Assembly (NCBI GenBank): GCA_048882505.1
Contig: JBHLRO010000004.1
Span: 140,193-172,192, forward strand
Length of the DNA stretch: 32,000 bases
From: Candidatus Thorarchaeota archaeon
Lineage (GTDB): Archaea > Asgardarchaeota > Heimdallarchaeia > Hodarchaeales > Hodarchaeaceae
Direction of reading: 5' to 3'
The notes below the pieces were generated by a model. That model saw nothing but the letters and a program-made list of their open reading frames with translations. It ran no database searches and was not told where the DNA came from. Below are positions 8,992-18,149 of this stretch, piece by piece. Position 1 is the stretch's first letter. Every line of letters begins with the position of its first letter. The position numbers and the translations under genes are program-made.

Positions 8992-10332
8992 TTACCGTTT
9001 CCTGCGTCGAATCAATACTGATAAGCCGAGTAAGCCAAAAGCTAACAATATTCCAAGCAATTCAAACCCAGGTGTACCAGCAGGAGTAGCTGCGTCTATT
9101 GCATCAGCAGCGGTCTCATAAGCTTCTTCTAACTTAGCTAACGCCAGCAACAGTTTTTCTTCAGCGAGGTTGGGATTGTGGAAACCCATGCTATTGTCGC
9201 CTTCAACAGCATCATACAGATCTTCTGCTTCCGCAATCAGATCATAGGAGTTGTTCACTTTTGCCTGATCGACACCTGTGACATTCTTTGCCTCATCGGC
9301 CTTACCCGTAGCATTGGCTATCTCATCTTCAACCTTATCCATTAATTCGCCAATGTCAGCCTGGATGGTTGTCAAGGTAGCTTCTTGAGTAACATTCTCA
9401 CCAATGTGGCATCGTTCACATGCGTCGGGGACGTCCAGGGCCCAACTGTGATTTAATGTATAGGCCGCTTCAACCCAGCCTCGTGAGGAGTTGTGAGCTG
9501 GAACAAACTGAGAACCATGACAATCAGTGCAATCTAGCTCGTTGTGAGGGCTAGTCGTTCTCCAGTCACTCGTGTCTGTAAGAAACTCACCAGAATCGCT
9601 ATGGCATTCTCCACAAAGTTCTGTGACGCTTGCTCTTCTGAGCTGGTCTTCATTGGTAGAATCATGTGGATTGTGACACGTTGCGCAGAAGATGTTGGAG
9701 AGTTCTGTATTATCTAGCGTCAGATCCTCGGGGTCCGCAAATAGGCCTTGTCCAGCCATACAATGTAAACAGAAATCCTGGGCATGGGCATTTGCAAGCA
9801 AATCATCAAGTGAGTTCGAGTGCGCAGCTGCGGAATTGTCTGATTGGTAAACACCTTTTGGCGTATGACACGTCATATCACAGCTCGTAGACGAGGTTGG
9901 GGCTACTCCAGGGGCCTCATGACAGGCAGCACAAGCAACTCCAAGATCCCAATAAGTGAGATCTGTTTCATTCCAGCGTGTTGCCATACAATGGGAACAA
10001 GATCCGTTGAACGCGACTATGGAAGTAGGTATTGTACCCCACACCAGCACGTGCGTGGAATTCAGATAGGTTGACGCATTCCAGTGGAGCGTCTGGTTCC
10101 AAGATGCTATCTTGTCATCGTGACATGGAGAACAGTCACTTGGATGCCAGGGTTCCGTGATGCCCGTATGGGGATTGGTTTGGTCAATGGAATATCCTTG
10201 ATTCAAAACAGTGGCCCCGATACCTGCAGCGGCCGCTGTTCCAACGAAGACAACGGAAAACCAGTAGAGTAAGACCACTCGTCGACCACTCCATCTGCTC
10301 TGGCGTACTAAAATTTCTTCTTGGTCGGTCAT
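8992..10332 (-). CDS. Multiheme c-type cytochrome with PGF-CTERM anchor
   Basis: 6 CxxCH, 1 CxxxCH (CDMTCH), 2 C-x-H-C-M. Helical C-domain with SMGFHNP, as in NrfA/c552-type C-termini. Ends TPGFE-TM-RRRKR. Confidence 0.9.
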   Translation of the reverse strand: MTDQEEILVRQSRWSGRRVVLLYWFSVVFVGTAAAAGIGATVLNQGYSIDQTNPHTGITEPWHPSDCSPCHDDKIASWNQTLHWNASTYLNSTHVLVWGTIPTSIVAFNGSCSHCMATRWNETDLTYWDLGVACAACHEAPGVAPTSSTSCDMTCHTPKGVYQSDNSAAAHSNSLDDLLANAHAQDFCLHCMAGQGLFADPEDLTLDNTELSNIFCATCHNPHDSTNEDQLRRASVTELCGECHSDSGEFLTDTSDWRTTSPHNELDCTDCHGSQFVPAHNSSRGWVEAAYTLNHSWALDVPDACERCHIGENVTQEATLTTIQADIGELMDKVEDEIANATGKADEAKNVTGVDQAKVNNSYDLIAEAEDLYDAVEGDNSMGFHNPNLAEEKLLLALAKLEEAYETAADAIDAATPAGTPGFELLGILLAFGLLGLSVLIRRRKR

Positions 10333-10736
10333 TAAAAAACCACCATATTTGCATTACACTATGAAGTTCCGATTCTAAAATCGGCTTCTCTGATTCTTTT
10401 GAAGATCCTAAATTGTACATGTTTTTTATGTTATTACTTGGTTTAATTGTAAAGCGTATCGCATTACATTATCGTACAACAAAGGAATCCATTAAACAAA
10501 AGGAATAAAGAAATTTTGAACATTTTCTAATGTTTCAATAAGCAACTAGGAATAAAGTAACCTACTTATGAAGCAGCGTCAAAAATCCGGTAAAACAAAG
10601 GAAATTACAGGAATCTGCGAAGCAGATAGATTAGAGATTTGTGATTAACCCCAAACATTTAACGGTTCTCAACACCTTATCACTTAAAAAATCCTGATTG
10701 ATTGTTGATGGAGCATGAATCAGTCCTAACCTAACA

Positions 10737-11654
10737 CTAGGTTTCCTTTTTTCTAATAAATCTTGCTTTGATTATTACCAAACCGCCAAGAATTAAGCTC
10801 GTTGGTAATAACAGGTAACCTTCGGTTCGTCTTCCCAAACTTGTTGTAGTTGTGGTGCGTACGGCTGAAGGATCAGTGGTTATGGTAAAAACGAACGCAG
10901 CTGAAGTCCAATTTCCAACTTCGTTCTCTGCATAAACACTCAGTTTGCATGTGCCATTGTCAATCGGTGAATAAACACTGTATGGATACGTGAGAGTCAA
11001 ATTACCTTGGTTTGTATCCCAACTGTAGAGAACCTGGTTTATGTCGTGAATACCGTCTTCAACATCCAGATCAATACTTGTACCATTCAAGATCGTCGTT
11101 TCATTCGTAAGTGATTTGAGCATTATCGAAGGAGGAGGAATCCCAACTACAAAGCAAAAAACAGCTGAAACCCAATTTTCCGAACCATCTTTTGCATAAA
11201 CGGTCAATGAATGTAGCCCTTTCTCTGTTGGTAGGACAACATTGTACGGAAAGCTTAGGGACGAGTTTGTTTGGCCATCCCATCGGTACAGGACCATCGT
11301 CGGCAAGTTATCGTCGATTGGATTATCATCAGTAAGCAACAGATCTATTGTTGTTCCACCTAAGTTAACAGAATTATTATGAAAACGGTTCCAACCCCAG
11401 GATGAATTGAGGGCTATAACAGGAGGAGTTGAATCAGTATGCCCACAACACTCATCCATAATATGATCAATTTCCAGTTTGGTATGGTTTTCGGGGATTT
11501 CACCATGTTCCGTGTCATTTTCCCCTTTTGAAAAAAAACCGATAACAGAATAATAAGATGGGTTTACATCTATCAGGAAAATCCGCATTCCAATTAAACC
11601 GGAAATAAGTATGAAAGGAATTAATAAACCTATACGCTTAAGCTTTTGATCCAA
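10737..11654 (-). CDS. Cell-surface protein with two tandem Ig-like repeats and a C-terminal TM anchor
   Basis: Two related units (PP.I.L...T.IDL...D.....VLY.WD.....L..PY.V..P...G...L.VYA.....NW.SA.F.F), a Thr-rich linker, TM and basic tail. TTG start. Confidence 0.65.
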   Translation of the reverse strand: MDQKLKRIGLLIPFILISGLIGMRIFLIDVNPSYYSVIGFFSKGENDTEHGEIPENHTKLEIDHIMDECCGHTDSTPPVIALNSSWGWNRFHNNSVNLGGTTIDLLLTDDNPIDDNLPTMVLYRWDGQTNSSLSFPYNVVLPTEKGLHSLTVYAKDGSENWVSAVFCFVVGIPPPSIMLKSLTNETTILNGTSIDLDVEDGIHDINQVLYSWDTNQGNLTLTYPYSVYSPIDNGTCKLSVYAENEVGNWTSAAFVFTITTDPSAVRTTTTTSLGRRTEGYLLLPTSLILGGLVIIKARFIRKKET

Positions 11655-12368
11655 CTTTTTGTCTCCGAAGGTTAAATCCTGGGATTAAATCCGTCCTTTA
11701 CCAATTAAACTGTTCCAGATGATCATAATATGAAAATTCAAGCAATATCTGGCTGAGTTCATGAGAACAGATCAAGTCGAAAAATAAGAAGGTTTTCTTA
11801 GGTTTCGGTAATCAAGTAAGTAGAAAGTAACCCAATGACCTGTATTAAATTCCCGAAGATTGAAACTACTTGGCTTTCTAGTTCTTCCCTCATTGTACCA
11901 AATCCTGTTCGGTTTGGAGTCTTTTAACAGATTTATTCCACGTATAGACGTGGATGATGTCCATGTGTTACAGCGGATTAATGTTCGGCCAATAAGATGT
12001 TGTCGTGAAATAAATCTCTTCTATTATACTATTTTCAATAATTGGATTTGATTCAGATTAATTCCGTTGGATCTAGGATTATGAAAAATGAAAACTACCC
12101 AATCCCTGTATTCGTTTATATGGCAAAATCTTCGTCTCTGGCAGTCAAACTCAGATTCTGCCTTGATTTATCAATCTTACACCAGACGTTTGAATTCCAA
12201 CCTTAGGGTTAGATCCTTAGCCACTTGCCATTTCCTTTGCAAATCGAGGTCAAAAGGAATAAAACGGCAAAATTTCTGACGTTTTAATTTGAAAACTGGA
12301 AATCAGGGTTCAACACTCTCTTCCTCAAATTTAGGTCAAATTTTCCCAATGAACCAGTAGAATCCCTT

Positions 12369-13388
12369 TTAGAGATGAGAGACACGTCCCCCTACCCGAT
12401 GATAACGATCCATTGAATGCGGCCTCGCATCTAAAACCCAGAGATGATCATCGTGGTCAAAAGCAAATTCTACATCATACCCAATTTCGAAGTCTCTGCG
12501 GATCTTCTTTGCCAACTGTGTCAATACTGTTATTTTTTCCGGTGAGAGAGATAATTCTCGTTTTTTATCAGGGTGATTCTCCACGACCACTGCGTGCTGT
12601 GAATTTTCAGGAATTTGGGTAATATTCTCTTTGAATGATACGAACGTTTCAACTGGTTCCCCTTCCTTACCCTCGTTAACAATTATGTGATCACAAAAAA
12701 TCCCATTGTCTCCTTCATACACCTGCGTTCCCCAATTAGATCGGATGTGAATATGCAATCCATTGTTAGTTGCCTCATTTCTCTTTTTAGTTGATATGAT
12801 GCCACTAACCTTGGCATGAATCATTTCTTCTACGATGGTGGCGATGCGCACGCTATCAGGAGGCAGACCAAATTCGAGGAGATCAGCCAAAACATCGGGC
12901 GTATAGGCTGATGCCCAACATGTCTTCATGGTTTGAATAATGTTACTAATATCCGAGAGGTGAAAGTAAACTCCACGACCGAAACATAAATGCCGTGCGG
13001 AATCCTCGACATGTGGAGAGGTCCTTACCACAAGAGTTCGATCTTTCTGAATTCTATCCATAAGCTCGTACAGCTTTTCAGCAATAGTGTTTGCCATAGG
13101 CATGGGTACGGGACTATTGAGCAAAATATCTTGAATTTCCCTTGCTGCCTCATTTAAATTGTCGGGGTTCATCGTTCCGATTAGGGTTTCAATACGTCGA
13201 GTACCTGCCAGCGTATTTAGAAATCGCTTGAACACCTTGGTACTAATAACCACACCGAATGGTACCCGATAGCCTTTTTGTATTAATCTTGAAAGTGAAC
13301 ATGCCCGTTCCCCAAAAAAGTCTGCTCGGGAATAATCTACACTCGACAGTGTCTGGATAGGGTCAGCTTGAAGCAAAAAAAACAACAC
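12369..13388 (-). CDS. Stand-alone PEP synthase/PPDK N-terminal (nucleotide-binding) domain protein
   Basis: FFGERACSLSRL...GYRVPFGVVIST, VRTS..ED, IVEEMI.A.VSGII, DVEFAFD...LWVLDARP. No His-swivel or PEP-binding domain. Start uncertain (GTG 13388). Confidence 0.75.
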   Translation of the reverse strand: MLFFLLQADPIQTLSSVDYSRADFFGERACSLSRLIQKGYRVPFGVVISTKVFKRFLNTLAGTRRIETLIGTMNPDNLNEAAREIQDILLNSPVPMPMANTIAEKLYELMDRIQKDRTLVVRTSPHVEDSARHLCFGRGVYFHLSDISNIIQTMKTCWASAYTPDVLADLLEFGLPPDSVRIATIVEEMIHAKVSGIISTKKRNEATNNGLHIHIRSNWGTQVYEGDNGIFCDHIIVNEGKEGEPVETFVSFKENITQIPENSQHAVVVENHPDKKRELSLSPEKITVLTQLAKKIRRDFEIGYDVEFAFDHDDHLWVLDARPHSMDRYHRVGGRVSHL

Positions 13389-13658
13389 ACGCGCGCCGAT
13401 AAAGGGTCATGAGTACAACTCGGGAATCCATTTTTATCTCTATCGTATTTCCGTATTCTTCTCTTTTATGGCTTTTTTCGTTAAAAACGATTCTTAGAGA
13501 AGATCCTGACGTCTGATTTGTTGTGAATCTTGATTTAATCCCCATAGATCTGAAGGAAACTCTATGGATCCCAGATTTTAGACACGAAAACCTACAACGA
13601 TTACTTGTCAAATCCTTGAGTATGATAGAAAAATCAGGAAAAAAGGGGGAGGGAGCTT

Positions 13659-16600
13659 TTAAGCTGCTCGTTGGATCTCTGGGATATACCGTCTGAGGAA
13701 GAGACTATTAGTAACTACGGATACAGAACTTAACGCCATGGCTGCTGCTGCAATTTCAGGAACAAGGGTCAATCCTAGCGGAATGAATAACACACCAGCG
13801 GCGATAGGGATTCCAAGTACGTTGTACAGAAAGGCCCACACTAGATTTTCCTTTATTTTTCTGAGGGTTTTACGTGAAAGCTGAATACCGGCGACCACAT
13901 CTCTCAAATCCTCTTTTATGAGAACTATGTCCCCTGTTTCAATCGCCACATCGGTCCCACTCCCAATTGCGATTCCAACGTCAGCTTGGGCAAGTGCAGG
14001 TGCATCATTAATACCGTCACCGACCATTCCAACGAAAAGTCCTTCCGATTGAAGCTGTTTGACGATTTCTGCTTTATTCTCTGGAAGTACCTCAGCAAGA
14101 ACATCGGTAATTCCTATTTTTGCAGCAATTGCTTGAGCGGTACGTTCATTATCGCCAGTTACCAAGTACGTTCTGATCCCAAGTCTTTGCAGCTGATTAA
14201 CCGCTTCGATCGAATATTCCTTTAACGGATCTGCAATCGCCAGAATGCCAACGATTTCCCGATTAATGCCCGCGATGACCACTGTTTTTGCTTCCGCTTC
14301 AAACCTCTGTATTTCATCTTCTATATCGGCGGTGGAAATATCTTCCCGTTGAAAAAGTCTCCTGGTTCCCACACGAACAATATCACCATTAATTCGGGAT
14401 CGTATTCCGTGTCCGGGGATTGCCTCAAAATCCTTAGGTTCGTATAAGGTTATGCCCTTTTCTTCTGCTGTATCAATGATGGCCTGTGCCAAAGGGTGTT
14501 CTGAACCTTTCTCCGCTGAAGCAACTAATTGTAGGACCTCGTCCTCGGTTCTGTTCTGAGAATATATTATCATGTCGGTCACTGAGGGGTGTCCTTGAGT
14601 AAGTGTTCCCGTCTTATCGAAGATAATGGCATTCATCTTGTGAGCATTTTCCAAGGCTTCCGCGCTTTTAATGAGAATACCCTGTTCGGCTCCTTTTCCA
14701 GTTCCAACCATGATCGCGGTTGGTGTGGCCAATCCCAATGCACATGGACATGCGATCACCAATACAGCAATCATTAGCTTAAATGCGAATACAAAGGCAT
14801 CCGGATCTGATTGAGGTAATAAAGACTGAGGTAAAAGGCCGAGAGTAAAAGCTCCATACCAGAAAATGAACGTAATAAGCGAGATTATTATCACTGAGGG
14901 AACGAATCTGCCAGCAACAATGTCAGCGATACGCTGAATCGGTGCTTTTGATGCCTGAGCGTCCTCAACTAATTTGACAATTTGTGCAAGTGCTGTGTCT
15001 GCTCCAACTTTTGTTGCCTCAATTTTTAGTAATCCATTTTTGTTCAAAGTTGACCCAATCACTGGATCCCGGATTTTCTTTTTGACGGGCATAGATTCCC
15101 CTGTAATCATTGATTCGTCAACTGCTGATTTTCCCTCACGAACTACACCATCTACTGGGATTTTTTCTCCAGGACGTACAAGGATTATCATACCTACTTT
15201 TACGTCTTCGACGGGGAGATTGTACTCCAATCCATCATCCCGTAAGACTCTGGCCTCTTTAGCTCGTAGATCCATTAGTTTACGTATAGCTTGCGAAGTC
15301 TGTCCTTTTGCCCGGGCTTCAAGATACTTCCCCAACAGGAGAAACGTTATCAGTAAAGCGGCAGTTTCAAAGAATACTGCTCCCTGACGAAATACAAATA
15401 ATGTCAGGACGGAATACCAGAACGCAGCATTGGTGCCCATAAAGACCAAGACATCCATATTGAACTGGCCATGACGTAGGACTTTTAGGGCACCATTATG
15501 AAATTGCCACCCGGAAATGAACATAACTGGGATCGTAAACAGCATAACAATAAACTGCTGAGTTTGGGTGGCGTCAAAGCCAAGCACGAGATTTGGTGGC
15601 AATATAAGAGGAACATTTAATCCCAGAGTGTTTGTTCCAAGGCTATAGAGAATCACAGGGATCGAAAGCACAAATGCTGAGATTAAACGGAACCTTTGAA
15701 GTCGTAGTTCACGAGTTCGTTCTTCTCTCTCTCTATCTTCAAACAAGCTGGTCGGTTTGAGATGCTTTGCGCCATAACCGACGTTCTCAACAGCCTTAAT
15801 AACCGTCTCAATATCGGTTTGAGTATCATCGATTGTTACAGTTGCTTTCTCCGTCATCAAATTTACTGAGGCATTGAGTACGCCATCTACACCAAGAATA
15901 GCGTTTTCAACAGTGGATACACAGCTGGCACAAGTCATTCCCGATATTGCCAAAGAAACTTGGCCTAGATCCTCTGGAGGGGTGATATCAATCGCTCCAT
16001 ACCCAGTTGATTCGACTCCTTCGATCACCGATTCAACCGTAGTTTTGGTCGGATCGTAACTTACGGTCGCTTTTTCCGTCATTAGGTTTACCGAAGCGTT
16101 CATTACCCCATCTACGTTGGCTATTCCTTTTTCTACTGTATTTACACATGATGCACAGGTCATCCCTGTTATTCGCAGGGTGACCACTTGTAAATTGTCA
16201 TCTGTAATCATCATGCCTGGTTCAGATGTCGGTATGGAAGCATTTATCGAATCCTCAACTCGGGAACCACCCGTACTCATCAGCATTGGTTGACCGTGAT
16301 GAGTAGGGATTTCCAGCTTACCACAACCAGATCCCATCCAGCAGACCAACATTTCCTTCCCCTCCCCTTCGACCATCTCTATATGCATAGGTTGCCCACA
16401 ATGGTCTGGAATTTGTTCTTCATGCCCACACTCTTGACATACCAGATGTGGCTCTTTCTCAGGCACGGACTCTTGATTTATGCGCCCTAAGTGATCTTCC
16501 CCAACATTTTCTATTCGCATTGAATGGCCATGATGAGTGGGGATTTCCTGCTTTCCGCAACCGGGCCCCATCCAACACACAAGCATTTCGATGCCATCCA

Positions 16601-16685
16601 CTTCCTCAATGTGCATGGGTTGGCCACAGTGACTGGGTAATGCCAATATTTCGTCACATTCTAGACATTTTAAAATCTCTGTCAT
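13659..16685 (-). CDS. copA: Cu(I)-translocating P1B-1 ATPase with two HMA domains and an extra duplicated Cys/His N-terminal module
   Basis: 2x [33 protein letters not shown] and MxxSS. ATG 16685 is preceded by a GGTGAG SD. Confidence 0.95.
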   Translation of the reverse strand: MTEILKCLECDEILALPSHCGQPMHIEEVDGIEMLVCWMGPGCGKQEIPTHHGHSMRIENVGEDHLGRINQESVPEKEPHLVCQECGHEEQIPDHCGQPMHIEMVEGEGKEMLVCWMGSGCGKLEIPTHHGQPMLMSTGGSRVEDSINASIPTSEPGMMITDDNLQVVTLRITGMTCASCVNTVEKGIANVDGVMNASVNLMTEKATVSYDPTKTTVESVIEGVESTGYGAIDITPPEDLGQVSLAISGMTCASCVSTVENAILGVDGVLNASVNLMTEKATVTIDDTQTDIETVIKAVENVGYGAKHLKPTSLFEDREREERTRELRLQRFRLISAFVLSIPVILYSLGTNTLGLNVPLILPPNLVLGFDATQTQQFIVMLFTIPVMFISGWQFHNGALKVLRHGQFNMDVLVFMGTNAAFWYSVLTLFVFRQGAVFFETAALLITFLLLGKYLEARAKGQTSQAIRKLMDLRAKEARVLRDDGLEYNLPVEDVKVGMIILVRPGEKIPVDGVVREGKSAVDESMITGESMPVKKKIRDPVIGSTLNKNGLLKIEATKVGADTALAQIVKLVEDAQASKAPIQRIADIVAGRFVPSVIIISLITFIFWYGAFTLGLLPQSLLPQSDPDAFVFAFKLMIAVLVIACPCALGLATPTAIMVGTGKGAEQGILIKSAEALENAHKMNAIIFDKTGTLTQGHPSVTDMIIYSQNRTEDEVLQLVASAEKGSEHPLAQAIIDTAEEKGITLYEPKDFEAIPGHGIRSRINGDIVRVGTRRLFQREDISTADIEDEIQRFEAEAKTVVIAGINREIVGILAIADPLKEYSIEAVNQLQRLGIRTYLVTGDNERTAQAIAAKIGITDVLAEVLPENKAEIVKQLQSEGLFVGMVGDGINDAPALAQADVGIAIGSGTDVAIETGDIVLIKEDLRDVVAGIQLSRKTLRKIKENLVWAFLYNVLGIPIAAGVLFIPLGLTLVPEIAAAAMALSSVSVVTNSLFLRRYIPEIQRAA

Positions 16686-16745
16686 CAAAACTCACCGTTT
16701 TATTCCTATTAGATCCGTTCTCAGCAAAACCTTTAGGGATATGTG

Positions 16746-16898
16746 TTAAAATTTTAATGACGTTTCTCAAAAAACTGCAGAATAGGATTTATTGGATGTT
16801 GAAGGTTAAAAGTTTAGAGGAGTATTTTTCATCAGGGCTTTCGATGTGAAAATGCATTTTATCATGGATATTTACGTTTTTGATGGTTAAAATTTTAA
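16746..16898. promoter_or_regulatory. Two perfect TTAAAATTTTAA palindromes (16746-16757, 16887-16898) and a 10/12 copy (16806-16817) between divergent copA and DUF420
   Basis: One perfect copy about 55-60 nt upstream of each divergent start; could be TATA boxes, operators or both. Confidence 0.4.
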
Positions 16899-16951
16899 AG
16901 TATCAAAAGAATGGCGAGCGAAAATACTCATAGGATAGTTGGTATGTTAAT

Positions 16952-17437
16952 ATGGGTCTTTTTGGAACATCTGCATCAATTCTTTCTGATCTCGCATTGG
17001 TAACTGTCATGGTCTCAGCGATAACCGCGTTTATAGGACAGAGACGAATCCTAGCTAAACGATATTGGCCACACCATCTTACTATGCTTGTTGCTGTGAG
17101 TCTATTGGGTTTGTTCTTTGGCTTTTACCTCTCGAATTACTTTCTATATGGCGTTACGCCATTTCAAGGTTCGGAAACAGAAGGATTGATCTATTTCCCC
17201 TTCCTGATTGCTCATATTGCTGGGGCTATCATCATGGCAGCTATCTGTCTATATTTAGTTGTCAAGGGCCTACGTCGGACGGATCGGTCCCAAGAAAGAG
17301 AACGCTCCCGATTCAAATTTGAGCCAGAGTTCAGAAACCGTCACAGAAAACTAGGAAAGTGGGGTTTTAGATTATGGTACCTGACTGCCCTGTCAGGCCT
17401 GGGCGTGTATATCCAGTTATATATCCTATTTGTGTGA
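16952..17437 (+). CDS. DUF420-family membrane protein
   Basis: 4 TM; HHLTML, LIAHIAGA, HRKLGKWGFRLWYLTALSGLGVY. Confidence 0.75.
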   Translation: MGLFGTSASILSDLALVTVMVSAITAFIGQRRILAKRYWPHHLTMLVAVSLLGLFFGFYLSNYFLYGVTPFQGSETEGLIYFPFLIAHIAGAIIMAAICLYLVVKGLRRTDRSQERERSRFKFEPEFRNRHRKLGKWGFRLWYLTALSGLGVYIQLYILFV

Positions 17438-17486
17438 GGATTCAGAGGAGGTCATTATATACCCAAAGGATGGTACATAATACAAA

Positions 17487-18104
17487 ATGTCAATAGAACT
17501 AGATGCCAAAGATCTGGCCATTTTAGATTGGCTGAACACAAACGGACGAGCGACCTATTCGGAAATCGCCAGCAGTGAGGGTATCAACCTCACGGTTCCA
17601 GCCGTAAAAGCACGGATCGAAAAACTACAAAAAATAGGCGTGATCAATCATATTGGGATCTACCTGAATCCTCACGCTTTAACGACCGATGGTACTGCCC
17701 TAATTCGTTTGCAGGTTGATAAGGATGACAAAGATGGACTTCTAGAATCAATCACGGATCTGCCAGAAGTGAAAGAGGTTTTTGAGGCCCTAGATGAGTA
17801 CAACATTGTAATTTTGACCCAAATTCAACCTTTAAACATGCATCAATTATTCTTTGAAGAATTGAAAGCTAATTCGCGTGTAAAACAGGCAAAACTGACG
17901 CTACTCCTCAAAGAAGTGGTCTCTCGCCCTCATCGTATTCCCAAACACAATGTTCTCCTTACTGTAAACTGTGAGTACTGCGGGAAACAGATCAAAAATA
18001 CTGAGAGTTATGAAACTTGGAAAGTAAATGATATCCAACACTATCTTTGCTGCACATCCTGTCTCGGAAATTATCAGAAGTGGTATAAAAAACAAATTTC
18101 CTGA
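17487..18104 (+). CDS. Lrp/AsnC-family regulator with C-terminal TRASH domain (CopR/CopT-like)
   Basis: LDAKDLAIL...NGRATYSEIA...VKARIEKL HTH, RAM-like middle, CEYCG...YLCCTSC; adjacent to copA. Confidence 0.85.
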   Translation: MSIELDAKDLAILDWLNTNGRATYSEIASSEGINLTVPAVKARIEKLQKIGVINHIGIYLNPHALTTDGTALIRLQVDKDDKDGLLESITDLPEVKEVFEALDEYNIVILTQIQPLNMHQLFFEELKANSRVKQAKLTLLLKEVVSRPHRIPKHNVLLTVNCEYCGKQIKNTESYETWKVNDIQHYLCCTSCLGNYQKWYKKQIS

Positions 18105-18149
18105 AAAGCAATTTGTTCTAAAGTGTGGTATTAAGAGAGTCTTGCTTTT

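Noticed and set aside
10270-10300. SGRRVVLL as a Tat signal in the cytochrome
   Set aside because: Poor match to S/T-R-R-x-F-L-K, and Ccm-matured cytochromes are normally Sec-exported.
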